Positions 53,104-64,000 of a DNA stretch of 64,000 nt are shown here, one piece after another. The stretch is taken from contig NC_043003.1 in assembly GCF_006345805.1 (NCBI RefSeq), positions 86,924,001 through 86,988,000 on the forward strand, read 5' to 3'. The stretch's first letter is position 1. Each line of letters opens with the position of its first letter. This stretch comes from Octopus sinensis. Lineage: Eukaryota. Both the position numbers and the translations under genes were made by a program. The notes beneath the pieces were generated by a model. That model did not search any database, was not told the DNA's origin, and saw only the letters and a program-made list of their open reading frames with translations.

Positions 53104-53154
53104 AGCTTCTACAGGACTAGAACTGTTTCATTCAAGAGAAATCTTCAGGAAGCT
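53104..53154 (-). ncRNA. Type I hammerhead ribozyme motif (canonical core)
   Basis: AGCTTC-CTGAAGA-T TTC(tctt)GAA T-GAAA-CAG(ttctagtc)CT-GTA-GAAGCT: 6-bp helix I, 4-bp helix III, GUA triplet. Confidence 0.7.
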
Positions 53155-53743
53155 AGTTAACAAGAATTGTATTGGCATTTATACATTTAGGCAGGTTAAA
53201 GGGGTGTTGTGGGGGACTTTTGGGGGTAGGCATAGCGCAAAATATCATACTTGGGGGAGTGGTCAAGGAGTCAGTGTTAAATTAGATAGAAGAATAAATA
53301 AAAAAATAAAAAAATATATAAAAATATATAAAAATATATATAAAAAAAGGGATAGAGTTTTAGGTAAATAAGGAGATTCTCACTTATACCTATGCACATA
53401 TGTATACATATATACACACACATACAAACATATATACATATACATACACACATACGTACACACACACATATATACATATATATACACTTACACTACATAT
53501 ACATACAACACATACACATATATGTAACATACACACACTCACATGCATACACGTATACACACATGTAATATATACACACACGACCACACATACATATACA
53601 CACAGAAAAATATATATACACATACACACACATACTCACATACACGCATACACAACACATATCCACACACCATGCACACAAGCACACTAGTCCCTATATA
53701 CACATATATACACAACACACATATACACACCAACATATACATC

Positions 53744-53794
<51 letters not shown>

Positions 53795-54029
53795 CATATG
53801 TGTACCTATGCATACCTACACATACACACATATATATACACATACAAATACAGACCCATTCCCTAATTTTAATTTTATTATCTTCATTTATTACTTTTGT
53901 TATCGTTGATCGCTGATATGTATATATATATATTATAATATATGTATATATATATATATTATATATTATTATATATATGTATATAATATATGTATATATG
54001 TATATATATATGATGTATGTATATGTATG

Positions 54030-54061
<32 letters not shown>

Positions 54062-54066
54062 TAATA

Positions 54067-54120
<54 letters not shown>

Positions 54121-54121
<1 letters not shown>

Positions 54122-57100
54122 CTTAGAATAACTTAGAAAGTTTTGGCCAGTATGGCCCAGGCCATGTCTAACTTAATAGCACCACCTGGCGAAGTCCTTC
54201 AATTCAGGATTTGGGCACCAAGGCCCATTCGAGCAGAGAGTTATTGTTTGCGGAGACATATCCGGGTGTGGGTGGTTTGTCCGGGACTGTTTGAAGGAAT
54301 TTGTCCAAAGACTTCTTGAATTTTTGTGTGGTCAGTTTCTTTTTTGACGTGTCCTGGTGTAATGTTGAAGAGAGCGGGTCCAATTGAGGTGAAATAGTTG
54401 TGCCGTATTGCCGTTATGTGATGCGATTTAGATTTTGTTGTGGACGGATGGCACATGGTCAAGCCTTGGATGTATTTTAAGGTGATGCCAACATCATTCG
54501 GACAGTGCTGATGGAATATTTTCCACATCATACAGATAATGTAGCGTTCACGGCGCGTTGGAGTGAATACAGTTTCACCTTCTCTAGTCTACCCCAGTAG
54601 TCAAGGTCTGATATGCCATCTATCTTTTTTGTGATTGACCTTTGGGGAGCTTCAATTCTCATAATATTTTGTTTTGTGTAGGGAGACCACAGTGGACAGC
54701 AGTATTCAAGGTGGAGTCGGGCAAAAGTGGAAAAGAGAAGGATAATAGTGTGGGAATCTCTCGACTGGAAGGTTCTGAGAATCCAGGAACACATTCTGCG
54801 GGCCATGTCAACTTTGCTGCTTGTATGTGTAGCCCAGCTTATGTTGTTGTCCACTGTTACTCCCAAGTCTCTGATGTTGTTGGATGCCATGAGAATTTCT
54901 CCAGAAGGAAGAGAGTATGGGAGTTTCAGAGCGTCCTCCCTTCCAAAGTGGATCAGTTCGAATTTGTCTTCGTTTAGCAACATGTTGTTCTTTTCCGCCC
55001 ATTGGACAACAGCCAGTAGGTCTGACTGAAGGCTTATTCGGTCATCCACGCCATCTGGAGCTTGGAATCATCAGCGAAGGTTCTGATGTTACTGTGTTTG
55101 ATGGTGTCAGTAATATCATTTATGTAGATGATGAAGAGAAGTGGGCCCAACACAGTGCCTTGTGGGACACCACTGCTGACTTTGGCTGGGCTGGATTTGA
55201 CTCCTTCGACTACAACATGTTGGGTTCTGTTAGACAGGAAGCACTTGATCCACTGCAGCAGCTTTCCAGTGACACCAATATTGGACAGCTTTCTCAGAAG
55301 GATCTTATGATCAACCCTGTCAAAGGCCTTGCTGAAATCAAGGTAGATGACATCAGTGTTGGAACCCTCTCCCAAAGCTCTCAAAATGTCATCAAAATGA
55401 TGCAGTAGCTGCGTCAGGCAATCTCTCCCATTACGGAATCCATGCTGGTTGGAGTTCAGCATATTATGACTCTCAAGGAAGTGAGTCATACGCGATCTCA
55501 GCACTCTCTCAAATACCTTAATGATATGAGAGGTGAGTGAGATTGGACGGTAATTCACGGCAAGCGATTTGTTTCCTTTTTTGAAAACTGGGACAACAGA
55601 CTGGGATAGAAGGTCTTCTGGTATATATCCAGCATCCAGTGAGTTCCGCCACAGATTGGCTAGAGGGGGTGCAAGTTGGTTTCGACACATCTTCAAGACA
55701 CAAGCAGGAAACCTATCGGGACCTACTGCTGAATTATGCTTCATTTCCTTTATTGCTGCTAAGACATCAGGAGCGCCAAAGGTTATGTCCGATAAAGTGT
55801 ATTGGGGAGTAACATCACTGATACAGCCCAGATAAGTCATATCAGGATTGCTGAAAACAGGGCAATATTGTTTCTGCAATATCTCTCCCATGGTTTTGGC
55901 ATTGTCTTGAAGGGTACCATTTTCATCAATCAGAGGGCCAACAGTAGAACCAGTGATTCTGTGTTTTTTTTGCAAATGAAAAGAACACTTTGGGATTGAG
56001 TTTGATCTTCTCAATGGCCCAGGCCTCTTCAGCTCTTCGCTGACTATTGATGATAGACATCATGTTGTTTTGGAGTTTATGTTTTTTAATCTCTAGCGAC
56101 GAGATGGCAGTCAGGCTGGTGTGTTGCTGTTGACAGTATTCCAGCTTGTTGATTTTTTTGTTGATTCTTTTAATTTTCCTGATGAGAGATTTTCTATTTC
56201 TAGGGATTCGACACTTAGATTTGTTTGCAGATCTTAATGGGGTGTGTTTTGCACATATGTTCGTAATGGTGTCTACAAATGACTGCCAGGACTTTTTGAT
56301 GTTAGTGGGTGTGTATGTGTGCGTGAAGGACCAATCGACTTGTGCAAGATCATTATTGATCGCTTCCCAGTTTGCATTGTGGAAATCCATAGTGTCAAAT
56401 GGATGAACAGGAGGGATGACATTTGTTTTGCATTTTGGCCAGTGAAATCTCAGATCACAGAGAACCATGTCATGATCGGAGAGTAGGGTTTTCTCCACTG
56501 CAATATTGTGGATAGTATCAGTGTGATTGCTGAAAATTAAGTCTAAGACGTTTTTATGACATCTCGTTGGTTCGAGTACCAGTTGGGACAGGAAGAAATC
56601 ATCCATGAAGTCAAGAAGCGATTCCACTGCCTCCCTGTCAGGGGTTGAGAGAGAAGAACCTGGCGGCAGACTGTTTGTAGACCAGTCAACCCCGGGAAGG
56701 TTGAAGTCTCCCATCATTAAAATGTTGTCAGGTTGACACTGCTGAATGAAACACTTTATGTTGTTGAGGCATTCCTTGAAGCATGGTAGGGGCGTTTGGG
56801 GTGGTCTGTAGAGCCCAACTACTGTTAAGTTGTTGGTCTGACTGAATACAGCGACTGCTTCGCAGTATCCATTGGAAAATATGTTCATAGCTTCTGTTGA
56901 GAATGAATCATGAACATAAATGGCAGTCCCACCCTTTCTTCTGCCAGCACGATCAGCACGAATGGTTTTGAAATTTTTAACTTTCACCTCGGCTTCCAAG
57001 TGAAGGTTACTAAGATGGGTTTCAGTGAGGACGAAGAAAGGGATGTGGTTTGGATGGGCCTTGACCCAGTCCTCCAGGAATCTTATCTTCCATTTTTGTG

Positions 57101-57380
57101 TATTGGTGGAAGGGCTGATGCCTTGGGCATTAAGCAAAAATGTTGGGGCGAGAGTGGATGGTTTTAATTGTTTTGGTGATTTGTTTATTTGATTGCTTTT
57201 TAATGGCATGTGCAGTGGGGTAATAGTGGTGGATGGTGGTGGGTGATAGCTCGGATGTTTTTTTCCAGTTCTTTTGCTAGATTCATTATAGCTAAAAAAG
57301 AGGAAGAAGAGGTTTCCTGTCTAGGGAACTGTAGGTGACTGTGGTTGTGGTTATTTTTATATGAGTGGTTATTTCTATAT
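54121..57380 (-). mobile_element. CR1-like LINE, near-complete ORF2 (APE endonuclease plus RT), pseudogenised
   Basis: APE motifs (LTETHL, GLYRPP, GDFNLP, LDLIF, SDHD) and RT motifs (YRPISLTS, QHGFR, DFSKAFD, GVPQGTVLGP, FADD). Split over ORFs 55926-57209, 55034-56014, 54528-55049 and 54241-54531. 3' tail (TTCTAAGTTA)x2. Confidence 0.95.
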
Positions 57381-57382
57381 GA

Positions 57383-57558
57383 GTCGTAGGTTTTTTGCTT
57401 TTATTTTTATTGTCGTAGGTTTTTTTGCTTTTATTTTTATAGTCGTAGGTTTTTTTGCTTTTATTTTTATAGTCGTAGGTTTTTTGCTTTTATTTTTATA
57501 GTCGTAGGTTTTTTTGCTTTTATTTTTATAGTCGTAGGTTTTTTGCTTTTATTTTTAT
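57383..57558. repeat. 29-30-bp tandem array, 6 copies
   Basis: gtcgtaggttttttgcttttatttttata at 57383, 57412, 57442, 57472, 57501 and 57531; no spacers. Confidence 0.95.
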
Positions 57559-57597
57559 TATTATTAAATAATAAAATTTATTTTTTATTATTATTTT

Positions 57598-57628
<31 letters not shown>

Positions 57629-58022
57629 AGATTCACACAATAGAGTTCGCGTAGAGTGAATTGGCTTCGAAGGAATAGCCAAACGAGGGACATGTAAGTG
57701 TGTATGAAGCATGTATGAGAGAGAGAGAGCAGAGAAAGGAGAGATAGAGAGGAGATAAGAGAAAGACAGAAAACCAGAAAAACAGAATGTCAGGGTAACT
57801 TGTCTTACGTGTAGAAATAACATATTAAAGGTGAAACTAAAACATTAGTGACACCTACTTTGCTAGTTTGTTGTAAAAGTATATAAGGGACACCAAATGG
57901 GAAAGAAACAATAAAATATATACATTTTCCTGCTGTAAAGGAATCTCTAAGGGAGTGATAGAGATATATTAAGATAGAGGGAGAGAGAGAGAGAGTTAGA
58001 GAGGAAATGGTATTTTCATTGT

Positions 58023-58450
58023 AAGGCGGCGAGCTGGCAGTAACGTTAGCACGCTGGGCGAAATGCTTAGCAGTATTCGTCTGTCGTTACATTGTGAGTT
58101 CAAATTCCGCCGAGGTCGACTTTGCCTTTCATCCTTTCGGGATCGATAAATTAAGTACCAGTTACGCACTGGGGTCGATGTAATCGACTTAATACCTATG
58201 TCTGTCCTTGTTTGTCCCCTCTATGTTTAGCCCCTTGTGGGTAATAAAGAAATGGGTATTTCGTCTGCCGCTACGTTCTGAGTTCAAATTCCGCCAAGGT
58301 CGACTTTGCCTTTCATCCTTTTGGGGTCGATTAAATAAGTACCAGTTACGCACTGGGGTCGATATAATCGACTTAATCCGTTTGTCTGTCCTTGTTTGTC
58401 CTCTCTGTGTTTAGCTAGCCCCTTGTGGGTAGTAAAGAAATGGGTATTTT
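58023..58450 (+). mobile_element. SINE family A dimer
   Basis: Junction aaagaaatgggtatttcgtctg at ~58250. Confidence 0.85.
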
Positions 58451-58517
58451 CATACAGAAATTATAATGGAATTAAAGTAGCAACAATATTCAGTTTGCTT
58501 CTAAGCTAGATATATCA

Positions 58518-58571
<54 letters not shown>

Positions 58572-58591
58572 TATATATATATTATAGAAAG

Positions 58592-58642
58592 AGCTTCTAC
58601 AGGACTAGAACTGTTTCATTCAAAAGAAATCATCAGGCAGCT
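58592..58642 (-). ncRNA. Mirror hammerhead motif, back-to-back with 58639-58688
   Basis: AGCTGC-CTGATGA-TTTCTTTTGAAT-GAAA-CAG...CT-GTA-GAAGCT; one helix I mismatch. Confidence 0.6.
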
Positions 58643-58688
58643 TCCTGATGATTTCTTTGAATGAAACAGTTCTAGTCCTGTAGAAGCT
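58639..58688 (+). ncRNA. Type I hammerhead ribozyme motif (canonical CUGAUGA core)
   Basis: AGCTTC-CTGATGA-T TTC(ttt)GAA T-GAAA-CAG(ttctagtc)CT-GTA-GAAGCT. Confidence 0.75.
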
Positions 58689-58838
58689 CCTTCTATAAAA
58701 TAAATTAATTTACTCTGCTATGTATTGAGTACCTTATTTACTGTGGTTAACCCGACTCAACTCGGGACCTACATATATATATATATATTATATATATATA
58801 TATATTGGAAGGTTTGGAGATGATGTACAGGTATTGTA

Positions 58839-59126
58839 TATTAGAAGAAATGAGGTAATCAGAAGATCGGATGGTTCATATTTACAGATATTATTTATAT
58901 ATTACATTTTTTACATATATATATCATATCATTCAGATCATTAGCGCTTTCTCCCATTCTAGTGGGGTTTTCAAATCAAAATAATTATTTTGATTTGAAA
59001 ACCCCACTAGAATGGGAGAAAGCGCTAATGATCTGAATGATATGATATATATATGTAAAAAATGTAATATATAAATAAATATCTGTAATATGAACCATCC
59101 GATCTTCTGATTACCTAATTTCTTCT

Positions 59127-59130
<4 letters not shown>
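58839..59130. repeat. 292-bp zero-spacer palindrome
   Basis: Symmetry axis at 58984/58985; a few substitutions and indels between arms. Confidence 0.9.
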
Positions 59131-59178
<48 letters not shown>

Positions 59179-59675
59179 TGCTTAAATATATACATTACTC
59201 TTACACACATTCAATCTACTCGCCATTTATACCACCACGACACTGGACACACCACACACTACTGCTCAACACACGCTGGCACGCTGCATACGCCCCCCCC
59301 CTTCCCTCCCTCCCTTCCTCCTTCCTTCTTTTTTACTACTGACCTTTGTCTGCTAAGCTGACCACTATCTCGCCCTACCTCACACGCCTACACACAGACG
59401 CACACACTAACACCACATATATATTTTTTTTTGTTTTTTCATCTCGCCTCACACACACACATACACACACGCACACGCACACACTCACACATACACACAC
59501 ATCTGTTGCGTTACCAACCTTGTCTCCACTCTTTTGCCTTTAAAAACCCACTTTGCTCTGTTTTCGTAAACATCCGCCTTTCACACCATGTGCAACTCGT
59601 AAACACCAGTCGTCTTTTTTCTCTTTCCCTGTTGCCCGCTCTGGGATCTTTCTTTCCTCTCTCTTCCTTCTTTAT

Positions 59676-59710
59676 GTTTCCGACGAAGAGCTCCGCTCGA
59701 AACGTCATAC
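59676..59710 (+). ncRNA. Minimal hammerhead motif (U4C), related to 29392
   Basis: GTTT-CCGACGA-A-GAGC(tcc)GCTC-GAAA-C-GTC-ATAC. Confidence 0.5.
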
Positions 59711-60187
59711 CTCCCTGCTTCCTTTTCCTGAGCGCCTATTAATAATAATACTGTAATTGTTCCATTGTTGTTGTTTTTTTGTTTCCCGTTTGGATTAAAA
59801 TTATATATATATATATATATATATAAGGGAATGTTGGTTGGTCACCGAACGGAAAATATAAGTCTCTTTATTGTTTAAGTGGAATGTCACTAGATGTGAC
59901 TCGTAATGATTCACTCTGCAATCAAATATTGGCTTCGTAAAATACGGATATGCACACAATTTTGTATGAGGTCACTGAGTTCGGAAGTTATTAATAATGT
60001 ATGACGCAATTCAGACATGTTGTTTGTATTAGCTATTAGACATGAAATGTAATTTCATTATATGATAGGGTTTCACATATACAATATAATGAGTTGAAAA
60101 ACTTCGATTATATCTGAGATTATAACGGCGACAGGCAGTTAAATGTCTCTAAGAATAAAGCATTTGAATGATGAATCTCAATGGCAG

Positions 60188-60239
<52 letters not shown>

Positions 60240-60662
60240 CACACAAATGTATTATAATATTATAATAATATAATATAATAATATTCACTATTGTAATAAC
60301 ATATGATATAGACTGGTTAAGGCGACGAGCTGGCAGAATCGTTAGAACGCCGGGTAAAATGTCTAGTGGCATTTTGTCCGTCTTTTCGTTCTGAGTTCAA
60401 ACTCTGCGAAGGTCCTTTCACCTTTTGGGGTCGACAGAATAAGTACCAGTTGAGCACTGGGGTCGATGTAATTGACTTACCCTTCCCAAAAATTGCTGGC
60501 CTTGTGCCAAAATTTGAAATCAATGTAAGCTGGTTTTTAAAAAATACCTTAGATGGAACATCAGCAGTCACTTCGAAATCTCACGTGTGGCACACCGTGC
60601 CCCGGGATGGGAGGGAGTGAGCTTACGTGCTGCACAAACATTTGATCACTATCACTACAGGA

Positions 60663-60862
60663 ATGGGAGTACTGAAAAGTCCCTGGCTTTAAGAGTATCA
60701 CGAAAGGACTGGTTGGAGGCCCAACCTTCCGAGTTCTTTTACAGGGCTTGGAAAAACTGAAGGACTGCTGCAATAACTGTGTGAACCGGAGAAGGAAATC
60801 ATAAATGATCCTCCTGTATTTTCTTTTACCCAAAATAAGGAACTTTTCAGCAACCCTTCGTA
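60663..60862. mobile_element. Mariner-derived MITE, second copy
   Basis: Homologous to 7743-7962. Confidence 0.7.
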
Positions 60863-61730
60863 GAAGTAAGTCGATTACATCGAACCCCGCGCCTCATCTG
60901 GTACTTATTCTATCGACTCCAAAAGGATGAAAGGCAAAGTAGACCACATCGGAGTTTGAACTCAGAACGTAAAGACGGATGAAATGCCGATAAGTATTTT
61001 GCCTGGCATGCTGACGGCCCTGTCAGCTTGCTGCCTTAAATGCGTAGTGTTATTAAGAATTGTTAAGGCGGCGAGCTGGCAAAATCGTTAGCTCGCAGGA
61101 CGAAAGGCTTAGTGTCATTTTGCCCATCGCTGCGTTCTGAGTTTAAATTCCGCCCAGGTCGACTTTGACTTTGCCTTTCATCCTTTCGGGGTCGATAAAA
61201 TAAGTACTAGTTGAACATTAGGGTCGATGTAATCAACTCATCCTCTCTCCCCCAAAATTGCTGCTCTTGTGACAAAATTTGAAACCATTATTAACAATTG
61301 TTTAGTGAGCTTTCAATCTGAAAATTAATATTTATTCTTAACTAAAACACAACGGTACACATTTGGCAGAAGGAAAAAAATTGACACTTTGGACTCCGGT
61401 AATTGTTTGTTACTTATTTTACGGATTGCAATGTTATGTCGATCTTGGCAAGATTTGAAATCAGAAAATTAAGCGGTGTAATTAAATAGCAATAGTCGTT
61501 TTTTTAAAGCTGCTGTAATAATTTTGCCAATTCACAGGTCTTCTAACCTGATATGCTAGTAGATAGCAATATGAGATATAATAATATGTAATATGAGATA
61601 GAATTCCTTTCCCCTATAAGCATGAGACCTAACATTTTGACGGAGAAGGGCTAATAGATTACATCGATCCAAGGGCGTGGGAAGTACTTATTTTTTTATC
61701 GAGCCCAAAAGGATGAAAGTCAAAATCCAC

Positions 61731-61831
<101 letters not shown>

Positions 61832-62141
61832 TATATATAAAGCTAAATGCACAACTACGTGTATATAAATATAAACAAAAGTTCTCAGTTCAAATTCCGC
61901 CGAGGTTGACTTTGCATTTCATCGTTTCGGGGTCGAAAAAATAAAGTGCCAGTTTCGCACTGGGGTCGATGTAATCGACTTAATCCCTTTGTCTGTCCTT
62001 GTTTGTCCCCTCTATGTTTAGCCTCTTGTGGGCAATAAAGATATATACATATATATATATATATATACGCCATGTTGAATCGTAGCTCCTGCATGCATTT
62101 TCTTTCTCTCCTTGTTTCTCTCCTTGTTTCTTTTCTGTGTA

Positions 62142-62179
62142 TCTTTCTGTTGAAGAGCGTAGGCTCGAAACGTAAAAGA
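62142..62179 (+). ncRNA. Minimal hammerhead motif (A6U)
   Basis: TCTTT-CTGTTGA-A-GAGC(gtag)GCTC-GAAA-C-GTA-AAAGA. Confidence 0.55.
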
Positions 62180-62275
62180 CTTGTTTTATTTATATTCCTG
62201 AGCGCCATACTAATACAATTGTTTGTTTGTACTCCACCTGCCTTCGTCTTTTGTTTATTTTCGTAAACCTTCCCG

Positions 62276-62313
<38 letters not shown>

Positions 62314-62548
62314 ATATTTCGGAATGGTCATATTGCCAGTTTAGCCAATAAAAACACACACACACTATATATTTGGTGTTATTTTGCTTCAGTGATATTT
62401 ATTTTTTACATTAATCTTAATCTTATTTCGGCCAAAGTGCGTGTGTTTTTATTGGCTAAACTGGCAATATGACCATTCCGAAATATAACAATATCTGTTT
62501 CAACACACGACTTCACATAAAAAATCTTGCACAACAAATATTTAAACG

Positions 62549-62579
<31 letters not shown>

Positions 62580-62942
62580 GTACTTGGAGAACAGAAAAGA
62601 AACTACCTTCGAAACACGCATGGAGTCGAACTAGGGACAGCTGATGAAGGGGAATTTTCCTTGTATTGTTTGTCTTGTACTCTGTTTTTTCGTTGTTAAA
62701 AAAGTCCGTTTCCATGTTTGTTTTTACGTTTTCGTTTCTCGTTGAGTTCTACGTCTATTTGTGGTGTCCTATACTCACATATATATATTTATATATGCAT
62801 GTATATATACATGTAGATGTAGGTACGTACATATATGTATGTATGTATGTATATATTTTATTTATTTATATAACGTTGATTCGTTAGCTACTGCACGCAT
62901 TTTTTTTCTCTCCTTCTTTCTGTGTTTTTCTCTCTCTGTGTA

Positions 62943-62980
62943 TCTTTCTGTTGAAGAGCGTAGGCTCGAAACGTTAAAGA
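62943..62980 (+). ncRNA. Minimal hammerhead motif (A6U), second copy
   Basis: TCTTT-CTGTTGA-A-GAGC(gtag)GCTC-GAAA-C-GTT-AAAGA. Confidence 0.55.
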
Positions 62981-63088
62981 CTTGTTTTATTTATATTTCC
63001 TGAGCGCCATACTAATACAATTGTTCGTTTGTTTTCCACCTGCCTTCGTCTTTTGTTTATTTTCATAAAGCTTCCCGTTATATATATA

Positions 63089-63119
<31 letters not shown>

Positions 63120-64000
63120 ACGCTAAATGCACAACTACCTGTATATAAATATAAACAAAAGTTCTCAGTTCAAATTCCGCCTTTCATCATTTCAGGGTTG
63201 ATAAAACATGTATCAGTTGAGCACTGCGGGGTGGGGCGTTGACTTAACCCTCCCCGATATTGCTGGCCCAGTGCCAAAAATTGAAACTCATGTTGTTGTT
63301 GCTGCAAGAAATTACTAATCAAGGAGTCGATGGTTTTGCACACGTACAAGACAAAATTTTTCCGCTAACCTATACGTGTACTTGAACCCAAAGATAAGCT
63401 CGAATTGTATCGGTTTTATGTGTTTTTACAGATCACTGATGTAGGTAGGTATGTGTAGTCAAAGACTGGTTACCATGGACTATTTTTTATAAATCGTTTT
63501 AAGTCGGTGAGCTGCCAGAATCGTTAGCATGCCGGACAAAATGCTTCACGAAATTTCGTCCATCTTTATGTTCTGAGCTAACATACCGCCGAGGTCGACT
63601 TTGTCTTTCAAAGCTTCGTGGTCGATGAAATAAGTCTCGCTGAGTTCCGGGGTCGATGTAATTGACTAGCCCCCTACCCGAAAAATTTCAGTCCTTGCTC
63701 CTATCACAGAAAAGTTGACTTATTCCGGCTCTGTCTGTTTTCAGCTCAAATCTCACCAAGAAATTTTGCTTTCAATCCTCCGAGGTCTACAAAATAAAGT
63801 ACCACGGACTTTTGTTTGATTGTTTTTCTGTTGTTTTTTAATGCTATCATTGTCTATGCCGGATGCATTACCGTCATTGCAAAGCCAGTGATAGGATACG
63901 AACCATTGATGTTTCAGTTAGTAGTCTTGACATCGTATTTATTCAACCAACTACGGTTTCTTTGATTTATTTACTATGAATGCATTCATCACAATTGTCT

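Larger units (their letters stand above)
62074..63079 (+). repeat. Direct-repeat pLTR pair (62074-62278 and 62875-63079), 801 bp apart
   Basis: About 90% identical; each copy carries a hammerhead-like motif. Confidence 0.85.

Noticed and set aside
54642-56406. Plus-strand ORFs over the LINE
   Set aside because: Antisense shadows of the RT/endonuclease reading frame
62600-62665. GAAA upstream of CTGATGA suggesting a permuted (type II) hammerhead; related sequence at ~35085-35135 (-)
   Set aside because: Helices I and III are not supported in either copy

Overview
AT-rich eukaryotic, repeat-dominated DNA packed with (TA)n/(CA)n/(AAT)n microsatellites. The SINE families and repeat landscape suggest an octopus or other coleoid cephalopod (inference from recalled families, not a database search). 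One convincing host gene is present: a single-coding-exon ankyrin-repeat protein (10068-10940, +). The rest is mobile-element debris: three tRNA-derived SINE families (one forming head-to-tail multimers), a near full-length but frameshifted CR1-like LINE (54.1-57.4 kb, -), fragments of RTE, CR1, Tx1 and R4/Dong non-LTR elements, mariner/Tc1/hAT remnants and a Helentron-like element. Main hidden signal: most fold-back 'MITE-like' palindromes and short TA-embedded repeats are Penelope-like pseudo-LTRs (pLTRs) carrying type I hammerhead ribozyme (HHR) folds. About ten motifs from several families are visible, with covarying core pairs (C3:G8, G3:C8, U3:A8), palindromic helix III (dimer type) and back-to-back inverted arrangement. 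Several are followed by a conserved ORF N-terminus (LPxxNxxxFNxRxxIKxL). Also notable: a retrozyme-like structured unit at 35.4-35.8 kb and a GC-rich ~205-bp insert resembling the 18S rRNA V4 region inside an R4/Dong element. All structure calls were made by eye and none were tested computationally.
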